Virus record (IMG/VR): IMGVR_UViG_3300037808_000364
Span: 48,445-112,444 of that record
DNA: 64,000 bases
Strand: one strand, 5' to 3'
DNA from: a virus
In this document: positions 47,798 through 56,505 of the stretch, piece by piece
Position numbering within the stretch: the stretch's first letter is position 1
Layout of the letters: every line of letters starts with the position of its first letter
Position numbers and translations under genes: made by a program
The notes under the pieces: model-generated
What the model saw: only the letters and a program-made list of their open reading frames with translations
The model's database searches: none
Told to the model about the DNA's origin: nothing

Positions 47798-47965
47798 ATG
47801 ACAAACAACAACACAAACGGAACACAGACAATGACCGCAACCAAAATCCGCGAAACTGTCCAGCACATGTCGCGGGAACAACTTATTGAGTTGGTTGTAG
47901 GGCTGGCAAAAAGCGAGCAAGAAAAACGAGAACAATTAGACAAATTTCAGGGAATTATTCGGTAA
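47798..47965 (+). CDS. 55-aa early protein (MTNNNTNGTQTMTATKIRETVQHMSREQLIEL...)
   Basis: Manually translated; leaderless start 6 nt after TATAAT. Confidence 0.6.
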   Translation: MTNNNTNGTQTMTATKIRETVQHMSREQLIELVVGLAKSEQEKREQLDKFQGIIR

Positions 47966-48007
47966 CCCTATTGACAAACTGACCGAAATCTGATACAATA
48001 CACACAT

Positions 48008-48091
48008 GACAGCAGGGAATTAGCCGCCTAGGTGGTGACAAGCACAAGAGGGTTGAGAGTCCCCGAATATGCAAGCCCACGACCTGCTGTT
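48008..48091 (+). ncRNA. Putative structured 5' RNA element
   Basis: Begins at the predicted TSS; closing stem ACAGCAGG/CCTGCTGT; internal hairpins. Confidence 0.5.
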
Positions 48092-48130
48092 CTTTACACA
48101 TTAGTTTTGAGTTTTAGAAAAAGAGAAAAA

Positions 48131-48379
48131 ATGAGAGTTTCAGACGTTTACCTTACCGATCACCCTATGTGCCGAACTCACAGGGTTGAAACACAGACAG
48201 ACGCCATTGCTATCATCAGCAACGATTTTCAGCTTCGTAGCTATATTGAACAATATGGGGATGTTGTTATTGAGTTTGACTACGCCTTTAATGTGTGGCG
48301 TGTTCCTGAGTTCGCTGGTGTTATCGCTCGTTACAGTGCGGCAAAGCAAATTGAGTGCGACCGTTGGGGGTGTGAATAA
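48131..48379 (+). CDS. Small early protein, family C copy 2
   Basis: Paralogue of 46558-46803; start at MRVSD. Confidence 0.75.
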   Translation: MRVSDVYLTDHPMCRTHRVETQTDAIAIISNDFQLRSYIEQYGDVVIEFDYAFNVWRVPEFAGVIARYSAAKQIECDRWGCE

Positions 48380-48518
48380 ATGTATGAAAAGAACAAAAAA
48401 GATGAATTTGCAAGATCTGTGTGTTGTTATTGTTTTTTGCTTTTGGTATGTTGTCTATGTATCAGTTGCGGTGGGAAGTGCTTTGATTTTATCATGGGGA
48501 CAAACTAATGGCTGATTC

Positions 48519-48606
48519 GACATAAGTCCTAACCCTCAAACGACTTAGGGCACCGAGGCCCGGCCCGCCGAGTCCTAAACCCTTTGGTAGTAACGACTTA
48601 CGTCAA
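48519..48606. repeat. Double-palindrome element R4 (C-rich core)
   Basis: TAA at 48523 and 48576. Confidence 0.9.
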
Positions 48607-48816
48607 TTTTCACATTCTCCATAAAAAGTGGTAAAGTGGTATTGCTAAAATGTCGATAATATATAGTAGAGGGGCAACAATCAACGAAGGGTTTACCATG
48701 TTAGAACTGATGAATGTATCTTGGGATCTGGTTATTGCTTTGGTTATTTTGGGATTAATCTGCCTTGGAGCGGATATTCTGGTTGACATATCTAAAAAAT
48801 GAGGTATAATACTTAT

Positions 48817-48960
48817 ATGAAAAACGCAAACTACAGAAAACACAACGACCGACAGCACAACAGCAGCACTTACCACAAAAAAGATGGTACGCCGATGCGT
48901 GCCATTCTTAAGCGTGAAGCTGCTGCTGAAATCTCAGACTTCAAAAAGGGTCAACGATGA
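48817..48960 (+). CDS. 47-aa basic leaderless protein (MKNANYRKHNDRQHNSSTYHKKDG...)
   Basis: ATG 6 nt after TATAAT; manually translated. Confidence 0.5.
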   Translation: MKNANYRKHNDRQHNSSTYHKKDGTPMRAILKREAAAEISDFKKGQR

Positions 48961-49168
48961 ACAAACAACCAATTCACATTGTGACAGGCGACGGCAGAGA
49001 TATGTGGGTCGCTGCCTACGGTAGCGAAAAACCCTCTTTCTTTGATACAAGGGAAGAAGCGGAAAACGACAATTGTCGAAGAAAGTTTCAGGAATTGAGT
49101 TGACATTCAGGCCAAATACTGTATAATACAGTCATTGAGGTAATCAAGTTTCTTTCAGGAGTTTTTAG

Positions 49169-49336
49169 ATGTTTGAAGACGAAGACGAGCACGGTGGTGA
49201 ATCAGCAATCGATCAGCAGGATAGAATGGACTATCTTGATTCCATCGGCTACGATGACGGCGACGACGACGTTGACTCGTATGATGCTGACGAGCATTAC
49301 GGTTTCCAGCCTTGGGGCGGTGATCTGCCCAACTGA
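49169..49336 (+). CDS. Highly acidic 55-aa protein
   Basis: AGGAG RBS; MFEDEDEHGG...; about 20 D/E and 1 R. Confidence 0.65.
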   Translation: MFEDEDEHGGESAIDQQDRMDYLDSIGYDDGDDDVDSYDADEHYGFQPWGGDLPN

Positions 49337-49373
49337 GGCAGTTGGTTTTTCTTTTTCTCAATGAGGGTTTGTT

Positions 49374-49565
49374 ATGTTTGACGATTACGACGATTTTGAG
49401 CCTGAGGACGATTACCGTCAGCAGTTCCCTGAGGATTACACGGATGAAATGTCCGCGTTCCTTGGTCAGGACGACATGAGTGGCGAAGACGGCGACGTTG
49501 AAGTTGACAGCTTCGAGTCACCCGACGACTTTGATGATGAGTACTACGATAACCTGTTTGCGTAG
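49374..49565 (+). CDS. Highly acidic 63-aa protein
   Basis: GAGG RBS; about 26 D/E, 1 R, no K. Confidence 0.7.
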   Translation: MFDDYDDFEPEDDYRQQFPEDYTDEMSAFLGQDDMSGEDGDVEVDSFESPDDFDDEYYDNLFA

Positions 49566-49650
49566 TCACCCTTAGTGGAAGAAAACAATATGCCTTGAGA
49601 TCTACATGGTGCGGCTGTTGCCGGTTCAGGCCCGAAAACCATGGGCAGTA

Positions 49651-49738
49651 GACATAAACCCTTGTGACGTAAGGACTTACGTCGGCGGGGGCGGGCGGCG
49701 TGAGCCGTAAACCCTTTGATACCAACGACTTACGTCGA
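49651..49738. repeat. Double-palindrome element R5 (G-rich core)
   Basis: TAA at 49655 and 49708. Confidence 0.9.
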
Positions 49739-50044
49739 TTGCTATTTTTATGTCATTTTTTCCTAATGTGGGTTGTAATATCATGTCGATAACTATATAA
49801 TGGGGAAGTTAAGACCAATTACAAGGGAGAGATGAGATGAGTGTTGAACAGTTGCTTGAGGGTATCTATGCTGTCTGTATGAAGATTGAAGACGACAGCC
49901 TAGTTGAGAGGCTGCTCGCCGTGGCCTATGAGTTAGAAGCAGAATTTGGAATTGATTCTTAAAATTTCAATAAAGCTATTGACAAATTATGTCGATAAGA
50001 TATAATACAGCCATACGGTTTTCAACACTCTTTAAGGTTTTCAG

Positions 50045-50290
50045 ATGTCAGATTCATTCGCGTGTCAGCTTCACAGTGACGAGTTCGATGGTCCTACCCA
50101 AGCGGATTGGGATGAGTACCACGAGTGGGCGAGGGAGCACGACACCCCTACTCCACAGCCCACGCTGTTCGTCACGGATTGTGACTACTGCGGGGACATT
50201 TCCCTGTGCTTTGAGTCCGAAGGGCACGGCACTTGCTGTCACACCTGCTCTAAGGCAAACGACATAAACCCTTTGGCTTCAACACCTTAG
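50045..50290 (+). CDS. Small acidic Zn-finger protein
   Basis: CDYC...CHTC; the 3' end runs into element R6. Confidence 0.6.
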   Translation: MSDSFACQLHSDEFDGPTQADWDEYHEWAREHDTPTPQPTLFVTDCDYCGDISLCFESEGHGTCCHTCSKANDINPLASTP

Positions 50291-50348
50291 GTCAAGGGGG
50301 CCGGGCCGCGAGCGACGTAAGTCCTTTCATACCAACGACTTACGTCAA
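50261..50348. repeat. Double-palindrome element R6 (G-rich core)
   Basis: TAA at 50265 and 50318. Confidence 0.9.
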
Positions 50349-50448
50349 TCTCTATTATTCTTTCCCTTTTTCTTAAAGAGGGTTGACAAATAGTGCCGAT
50401 ATAGTATAATACAGACATAACAAGTTCACAACACACGAAAGATGAAAC

Positions 50449-50769
50449 ATGAAATTCTTCACATTCTCACAAAACAACTCGGGTGGTCGGTTCACTGGTC
50501 CCGCTCAGTATGTTGTTGTTCAGGCTGACGACACTGACGACGCCAACGATATCGCACAGGACAACGGCGTATACTTTAACGGTTGTTCCAAGGGTTGGGA
50601 TTGTGATTGTTGCGGCGACCGTTGGTATGCTTGCGACGACTCTGACGGCGATGACTCACCATCGATCCACAACACACCTGTCGCTGATTACAGATCCCGG
50701 TATGGTGCTGACGGTCATCCTACTGCTGCTGTTGTTTACAAAGACGGCACCACCGTTACACACCCGTAG
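50449..50769 (+). CDS. Conserved phage protein (F.QNNSGG.F...CDCCGDRW family)
   Basis: Recognisable widespread phage motif of unknown function. Confidence 0.75.
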   Translation: MKFFTFSQNNSGGRFTGPAQYVVVQADDTDDANDIAQDNGVYFNGCSKGWDCDCCGDRWYACDDSDGDDSPSIHNTPVADYRSRYGADGHPTAAVVYKDGTTVTHP

Positions 50770-51025
50770 TGTCCTTTCCCAACTAAACGCCTCAGCCCCC
50801 AGCGGCTGGGGTACAGGAGCTTATTAATGACGTGGACAGAGAAAATAGGGCCGTTCGACCCTAAGGCAGAAACCTGTCAGTGTGTAATATGGACGCCAAC
50901 CAAGCCCAATCACTTCAAGGTGCTGTGGTGCTTTACCTCAGTAAATGAGTGTGAAACCGCATTTAATCTCTGGAAAGATGGTAAATAGGGGTTGACATTC
51001 AGCCGCATTATGGTAAAATTACACT

Positions 51026-51454
51026 ATGACAAACAACACAACTCTTCGAGGTAAAAACATGAGCTTTGATCCATCACTACCCTACGGCGGTCTTCGCGAC
51101 ATTCACGCAGTAGAGGAATACTTGCGGGAAGCGTTGATGGAAGCCATTGAGATTCTGAATTCCTGCCTTCCTGAGGGTTTTCGGGATTATGTTCGCGGTG
51201 GTCGTTCTCTCAAACGTCTGGAGGAATTGTGCGAAAAACGCGATGGTATCACGGCACATGTCAAGCAGAAGGCTGTCAAGGCTCGCAACATTGAGCGTAT
51301 GGCGGCACAGGTCAACGGCACTGATATCACGGAACCGCTGGACTGGTCTCAGAATGAAGTGGATGAAATCGCCCAGCATCGTGCTGAGTGTGCTTTGGTG
51401 AATGGCATGGTCAACGGTGGACTTTTGACCGCTGACGATCTTTTGGAAGACTAG
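51026..51454 (+). CDS. Hypothetical early protein
   Basis: 142 aa; leaderless MTNNTT start in frame with an RBS-led ATG. Confidence 0.7.
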   Translation: MTNNTTLRGKNMSFDPSLPYGGLRDIHAVEEYLREALMEAIEILNSCLPEGFRDYVRGGRSLKRLEELCEKRDGITAHVKQKAVKARNIERMAAQVNGTDITEPLDWSQNEVDEIAQHRAECALVNGMVNGGLLTADDLLED

Positions 51455-51455
51455 A

Positions 51456-51647
51456 ATGAGCATTTTGTGTAAAGCTATTAGACCCTCTACAGGCTCAACA
51501 ATCGAAATCGAAATACCTTGGGATATTGTTCAGTCTGTTGAAATTGCCAAAGATGTAACTTTAGCGACTCAGTGGATTGGTGAACAATTCGATTGGCAAT
51601 TCATACCAACGTCGTTTGAAATAGATAATGAAGAAGACTACAATTAA
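51456..51647 (+). CDS. Small hypothetical protein
   Basis: 63 aa, coupled to the upstream gene. Confidence 0.55.
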   Translation: MSILCKAIRPSTGSTIEIEIPWDIVQSVEIAKDVTLATQWIGEQFDWQFIPTSFEIDNEEDYN

Positions 51648-51675
51648 AATTAAAAGATAAAGGAATAAACGAAAC

Positions 51676-51831
51676 ATGAGAAAATCTGAAATGCAATTTG
51701 CGTCCGTTGCTCAGGCGTGGCGTGTAATTAATCAGGGAAAGATTGCCCTTGAGGATGTAATCAAGGCACCACCTAAGGGTATCAGTCCAGAGCGATGGGC
51801 TGCAATGTTGAACAACAGGAAAAACGCCTAA
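51676..51831 (+). CDS. 51-aa hypothetical protein (MRKSEMQFASVAQAWRV...)
   Basis: AAGGA RBS; its TAA stop is the first TAA of element R7. Confidence 0.55.
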   Translation: MRKSEMQFASVAQAWRVINQGKIALEDVIKAPPKGISPERWAAMLNNRKNA

Positions 51832-51913
51832 ACCCTTACCCCGTAACGACTTAGGGTCGCGGGGGGCGGGCCGCGAAAACCCTAAGTCTTTTGGTGGTAA
51901 CGACTTACGTCAA
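51826..51913. repeat. Double-palindrome element R7 (G-rich core)
   Basis: TAA at 51829 and 51883 (54 bp apart). Confidence 0.9.
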
Positions 51914-52131
51914 TACTTAAAACTTTGATATTCTTTCCAGAATTAGTAGTGTTCGGGGTTGCAAAATGCCGATAATATAAGTATAATACACACATGAAAG
52001 AACGAGCAAAAACTTACACAAGCTGGTGGAAACACAAGCGGCCATACGGCAAGCGAGTCGTGGCAAAAAAACTTCGAAAAAATATCAAGTTGAGCCTTGA
52101 CAACAGCCGATAATAATGGTATAATACACCC

Positions 52132-52626
52132 ATGACAAATAAAACAAAAAAAGCATTCGTTTTCGATTTCGATGACACGTTGGCAATCACCACCGCTCGT
52201 GTGGTCATTCGTAATTCGATGAATGTATCTTACAAGTCAGTTTCTTCTCTGGAATTTCCCGGCTACAAACTTGGGAATGGTGAGAGTTTTGACTTCTCAG
52301 AATTTCGTGATGACATATTCGTAAAAAACGCAGACCCTACGTTATTGATGAATTTGGCCCGTGAGGTATACATGGAGGGTCACGAGGTATTCATTCTTAC
52401 CGCTCGTCAGGATACCGTAGCCGCTGCCATTCATACTTGGTTGATGAAGAACGGCGTCAAAGCCACTGAAATTCACTGCGTTGGGGCTGATGGTAATATT
52501 CCAATCAGTAAAAAGAGGGTTTTGTTTGACATGGTGTCAAGATTTGATAAAATATACTTCTACGATGACTCAGAAGAGAACATCAACATTTTTAGGCACG
52601 AGAAAATCAGGAGCTTTTTAGTATGA
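52132..52626 (+). CDS. HAD-superfamily phosphatase
   Basis: Motif I FDFDDT, motif II LTAR, motif III K, motif IV FYDD; leaderless start. Confidence 0.85.
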   Translation: MTNKTKKAFVFDFDDTLAITTARVVIRNSMNVSYKSVSSLEFPGYKLGNGESFDFSEFRDDIFVKNADPTLLMNLAREVYMEGHEVFILTARQDTVAAAIHTWLMKNGVKATEIHCVGADGNIPISKKRVLFDMVSRFDKIYFYDDSEENINIFRHEKIRSFLV

Positions 52627-52913
52627 AACCACTCAACCCAACCATTCACTGTATGGACGGCTTCACAATCAGCGTGCAGGCGAGAGAATTCAGTTACTGC
52701 ACACCGCGAACCGACGAAGGGCCACATACGCACATGGAAGGCGGTTTCCCGTCTTCGCCACCGCTTGATCCCGAGTTGCTGGAGGCTCGCGAAAATAGCT
52801 ACGCAGATCACGGAGATCCGTGCAACACGGTATACCCCTACGTTTCCCGCGAAGTGTTTGAGCGTGAGCTTGCCCTTCACGGCGGCATCAAATCGGGTAA
52901 ACTGCCTGAATAG
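52623..52913 (+). CDS. Conserved phage protein (C.DGF.ISVQA....YC.PR family)
   Basis: 96 aa, ATGA overlap. Confidence 0.7.
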   Translation: MKPLNPTIHCMDGFTISVQAREFSYCTPRTDEGPHTHMEGGFPSSPPLDPELLEARENSYADHGDPCNTVYPYVSREVFERELALHGGIKSGKLPE

Positions 52914-53000
52914 ACGTAACCCCTTGCGACCAAAGGACTTAGGTCGCCGGGGGCGGGCCGCGAGCGTCGTAACCCCTTGCTATCAAACGACTTACGTCAA
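52913..53000. repeat. Double-palindrome element R8 (G-rich core)
   Basis: TAA at 52917 and 52970. Confidence 0.9.
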
Positions 53001-53069
53001 CACAAGCAAACCCCAAACCCTAAAGACTACCGGCTTGTCTTACCTAAGCCGGTAGGCTCGCCTCTTCCT

Positions 53070-53107
53070 CCGCCAGCCACCGCCAGCCACCGCCAGCCAC
53101 CGCCAGC
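53070..53107. repeat. Tandem 10-bp repeat (CCGCCAGCCA) x about 3.8
   Basis: Direct reading. Confidence 0.85.
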
Positions 53108-53174
53108 GAAAAAACCCTAAAAGAAAGTTAAGTTTACCCCTTGACAATGACGATAAATATAGTATAATACATAC

Positions 53175-53277
53175 ATGACGACGGGATGAGAACCGACCCT
53201 TCGGCTGACAAGTAATCCGGTAGAGCATCAGCGACTATTCGGGGTATGAAAGTTGGTCAAGTATGTCCCCTCGTCAT
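53175..53277 (+). ncRNA. Putative structured 5' RNA element
   Basis: Begins at the predicted TSS; ATGACGACGGGA pairs with TCCCCTCGTCAT (1 mismatch); internal CCGA/TCGG and GCTGA/TCAGC stems. Confidence 0.5.
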
Positions 53278-53304
53278 AACTTTTCACCACAACGGAAAAA
53301 CCCC

Positions 53305-53625
53305 ATGAGAACTCAGCTACTCAACAACGCTTACAAAGAATTTCCCCTCAGCAAAACGCTGGACAAATACGCCATAGCTAATTATCAGCGGTGTTTCAGG
53401 GGTGGCGACCGTGGGAAGCTGTTCTTTATTACGGTTTATGAGTACGGTCCAATCGAGGGTTTCACACCGCCACCCGCCAACCGTTTCAATGCGAAGGCTC
53501 AGTTTAAGAATGAAGACGGTCGATACTTCGACGTAACCCTCCATCGCTGGGATACCGTTGTTGAACTAAACACGTTTTTTTCCAAAATGTTCAGACTTTT
53601 GAATTGCATTCCATACGAAAACTGA
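53305..53625 (+). CDS. Hypothetical early protein
   Basis: ORF following the structured leader. Confidence 0.6.
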   Translation: MRTQLLNNAYKEFPLSKTLDKYAIANYQRCFRGGDRGKLFFITVYEYGPIEGFTPPPANRFNAKAQFKNEDGRYFDVTLHRWDTVVELNTFFSKMFRLLNCIPYEN

Positions 53626-53881
53626 TATAATAGAGCCATGAGACGTAAACAAAAAACAATCACCCTGACGATCAAACCCGGCAAAGTTGCCCTTGGTCAC
53701 TTACCACACACCACAGGCAGCGGTGCTCACGACGCACGTCCACACCGTCAGCGTACACGCCAAGCACAGAAGGATGTTTGGAGAAAAGATCAGAAAGATT
53801 AAAGATCTGCCCTTGACAATGCCGATCTATATAGTATAATAGGGTCTCACAGGTAACGTAACACACAGCGAAAGAAGAAGA

Positions 53882-54106
53882 ATGAAAGTCAAGCAAGTTG
53901 TTGAACTCACTGCCACAGAGTACAGTTTTTGGGGTGGTAATCTTCAGTTTGAGGATTCTGCGGGCAATGAAGTCAACATTCGAGTAACAGACGAGATGGT
54001 ACATCAGTTGGCGAAGCGTTTCGCTGACAAGTCCAAAGAACTCAGAGATGAGGCCGCAGAGCAGGCTCGTCTCGAACTGGAGAGTAAAGTTGAAGACATC
54101 ATCTGA
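53882..54106 (+). CDS. Hypothetical early protein
   Basis: 74 aa behind its own promoter. Confidence 0.65.
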   Translation: MKVKQVVELTATEYSFWGGNLQFEDSAGNEVNIRVTDEMVHQLAKRFADKSKELRDEAAEQARLELESKVEDII

Positions 54107-54243
54107 CACAGTCGCCCCATGCGTACGTGTGGGAACCAAGTTCAAGGCTGGCGTAGTCGCAGCCATCTTTAATGACTACGTATCTATTGAGACACCACAG
54201 GGTGTCAAACGTTTCACATTCTCTCAAGTTGAAGGTTTTGTCA

Positions 54244-54447
54244 ATGACGAACGATCTTTATCTCAAGCGTAACGAACGAAAAATAAACGTTCTTTACCCG
54301 GTTCATGGCTCACGCAACGTACTGCGTAAGGTCGTAGGTGTCAAGCTGGCGTCGTTCACTGGCCCAAGTGGTCGCGGTATTAAGGTGCGTCTGACTGACG
54401 GTACTGTCCGCTCACTCTCGCTTTCCAAGTGCGTTGCTTCGTTGTAG
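54244..54447 (+). CDS. Small basic protein
   Basis: 67 aa (MTNDLYLKRNERK...), followed by a terminator. Confidence 0.6.
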   Translation: MTNDLYLKRNERKINVLYPVHGSRNVLRKVVGVKLASFTGPSGRGIKVRLTDGTVRSLSLSKCVASL

Positions 54448-54471
54448 GTGACCTTTCGTTGTGTTGAGAGG

Positions 54472-54503
54472 GGAAGCGGGACGTTGTGCCCGCTTCCTTT
54501 TTT
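54472..54503 (+). terminator. Intrinsic terminator
   Basis: GGAAGCGGG-loop-CCCGCTTCC-TTTTTT immediately before R9. Confidence 0.85.
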
Positions 54504-54590
54504 ACGTAAGTCCTTTGATACCAAAGGGTTGCAGCAACGGCCCGCCCCCCGCCGCGACGTAAGTCCTTTGATACCAACAGGTTACGTCGA
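54503..54590. repeat. Double-palindrome element R9 (C-rich core)
   Basis: TAA at 54507 and 54560. Confidence 0.9.
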
Positions 54591-54596
54591 TTCCTC

Positions 54597-54613
54597 AGCA
54601 AATACCGTGCCAA
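54597..54613 (-). promoter_or_regulatory. Sigma54 (-24/-12) consensus site TTGGCACGGTATTTGCT
   Basis: Exact match to YTGGCACGNNNNTTGCW; identical copy at 57490. Confidence 0.55.
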
Positions 54614-54715
54614 CATGGGAATAAAAAAAGATCATAAAAACCCTAAAGATGGGGTTGACATATGGACGATATACTATATAATGGGGAGATAATCAACCAC
54701 ACTTTGGAGTTTGAA

Positions 54716-55411
54716 ATGCACGTCACCTTAAACCTTCGTTCTGGCAATCGTAAAGTCGGTCCTATTCCAGTATCCACTACTGAGGCAGATTCTTGTCCGA
54801 ACGAATGCCCGTTAAAGGGTACTGATTGCTACGCACGTTTCGGGCCGTTGGGTATGCACTGGCGTAAAATCGGGCCAGACGGTCGCGGTACTCAGTGGGA
54901 TTTCTTCTGTCGTGCTATCTCAAAATTCCTTCCCGGTCAATTGTGGCGACACAATCAGGCTGGCGATTTGCCCCAAACTGAAGACGGCAAAATCGACGCC
55001 GTCAAATGTGGGCAGTTGTCCAAAGCGTCTGAACATACCAAAGGCTGGACATATACCCACTATGACCCAACAGATGAGGACAACGCGGTCGTGATTGATT
55101 CCATGAATCGTGCCGGTGGAATGACTGTCAATCTGTCTGCTGATTCTCTTGATGAAGCTGATAACTACGCCGCTCTTGACATTGGGCCAGTTTGCGTTAT
55201 ACTTCCCAAAGATTCTCCAACAATGGGAAACAAAACACCTAAAGGACTGCCGATTGTAACGTGTCCCGCTCAAACGAATGAGAATATGAGTTGTGACGAA
55301 TGCCGGTTGTGTCAAGTCCGTGACCGTAAATCTATCGTTGGGTTTCTTGCTCACGGGACGGCAAGTAAAAGACTGTCCACCAAACTGGCTGGAGAGATGG
55401 CACAAGCATGA
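54716..55411 (+). CDS. Cys-rich phage protein, gp88-like (possible Fe-S/radical-SAM-like fold)
   Basis: N.K.GPIPVSTT...SCP..CPL....CYA..G; WRHNQAGD; WTYTH; VN.SAD; CPAQ.....C..C.LC......IVGF.AHG. Start after GGAG RBS. Confidence 0.65.
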   Translation: MHVTLNLRSGNRKVGPIPVSTTEADSCPNECPLKGTDCYARFGPLGMHWRKIGPDGRGTQWDFFCRAISKFLPGQLWRHNQAGDLPQTEDGKIDAVKCGQLSKASEHTKGWTYTHYDPTDEDNAVVIDSMNRAGGMTVNLSADSLDEADNYAALDIGPVCVILPKDSPTMGNKTPKGLPIVTCPAQTNENMSCDECRLCQVRDRKSIVGFLAHGTASKRLSTKLAGEMAQA

Positions 55412-55486
55412 CACAGTTTTTTGTTCTGTCAATACTGTTTGTCGCAATTCACACATTTTCTGACAATCAAACGAAAGGTTACTAAG

Positions 55487-55768
55487 ATGAAAAGTTTAGT
55501 GTTGTTTTCTTATCGACAACCTGTTGAGGGTTCTAAGTTTCGCTGGGGTGTTCTGGCTGGTCAACGTGACACCGAGAAACAGCCGCTTGCTGAGTCCACC
55601 CTAAGTGGTCCATATCGCTGGGATGACATTGCGTTTGATCGCAGTCGTACTCTTGATACGGTACTCACCACTAAGGGGCCGAAGGCGTTCTATCATGAGC
55701 GTCAACGCTGGTCTGTAAGGGTGCCATTCGTTGGCTCCCTAGTGGCTAAGTTTCTGCCTCAAGCGTAA
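55487..55768 (+). CDS. Hypothetical early protein
   Basis: 93 aa, GAAAGG RBS. Confidence 0.6.
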   Translation: MKSLVLFSYRQPVEGSKFRWGVLAGQRDTEKQPLAESTLSGPYRWDDIAFDRSRTLDTVLTTKGPKAFYHERQRWSVRVPFVGSLVAKFLPQA

Positions 55769-55781
55769 CAATCGCCCGCTC

Positions 55782-55868
55782 GACGTAAGTCCTTGCCACC
55801 AAAGGACTTGCGGCTGCGGCGGCGGGCCGCGTTCGTCCTAAGTCCTTTCATACCAACAGGTTATGTCT
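55782..55868. repeat. Double-palindrome element R10 (G-rich core)
   Basis: TAA at 55786 and 55839. Confidence 0.9.
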
Positions 55869-55992
55869 TTCCCAAACAAAACCCATAAAGCCGCCACATT
55901 AAGTCAAGTATGGGGTTGACATTGACGATAATAACTGTATAATGGTAGAAAAGGGGAACATAACAGTTTGAATCAGTCATAATGGAGAGAAA

Positions 55993-56220
55993 ATGAACAC
56001 AGTCAAGATCACACATGGTTTCGTTTGTCAAGAATTTAATGATGTGGGGGAATGTATTGGGCAAGAGTTTGTTGCTGGTGACATGGTTAGCTACGAAACG
56101 GAAGACGGCGACCCCATCAACGTGATGGATATGCCACTAGCTGGTAATGAGTACTTTTCTTTTAATATGGAACAACCGGAGGTTGGACATGAGCATGAAC
56201 CTACACAGCCCACAACTTGA
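55993..56220 (+). CDS. Small acidic protein
   Basis: 75 aa, GGAG RBS. Confidence 0.65.
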   Translation: MNTVKITHGFVCQEFNDVGECIGQEFVAGDMVSYETEDGDPINVMDMPLAGNEYFSFNMEQPEVGHEHEPTQPTT

Positions 56221-56437
56221 CCTATGGCAGACGCCAACTTGGGTAACGTATTTGGCCCTGTACGACGCAGATGGCAATGAGCGAACCCTCAAAGAGAAAA
56301 AGCACATTTACGCCTCTTGGGTCAAAAGTACCGGCAACGGTGCGTATCCTGATCAAGAATCGGCAGAGTTGAGTAGACTGAGAATTACCAATCATTTATC
56401 AGTTCTTCACGTTGTGGATAAAATGGATATGATTTAG
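56189..56437 (+). CDS. Hypothetical protein
   Basis: GGAGG RBS before MSMNL. Confidence 0.6.
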   Translation: MSMNLHSPQLDLWQTPTWVTYLALYDADGNERTLKEKKHIYASWVKSTGNGAYPDQESAELSRLRITNHLSVLHVVDKMDMI

Positions 56438-56505
56438 GGTCTGAGGGTTGACAACGGTAACAAATACTGTACAATACTTATATCTCAACCACACAAAGGA
56501 AACCC

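Noticed and set aside
48008-48091. Cobalamin riboswitch (AGGGAA, T-loop, AAGCCCACGACCTGC resembles the B12 box)
   Set aside because: The order of stems does not fit the known core and the downstream gene is unrelated; an Rfam search is needed.
54662-54715. N-terminal extensions in track ORFs (54662, 57890, 39329, 48032, 61238)
   Set aside because: These extensions overlap promoters, structured leaders or neighbouring genes; downstream ATGs with RBS or paralogue support were preferred.
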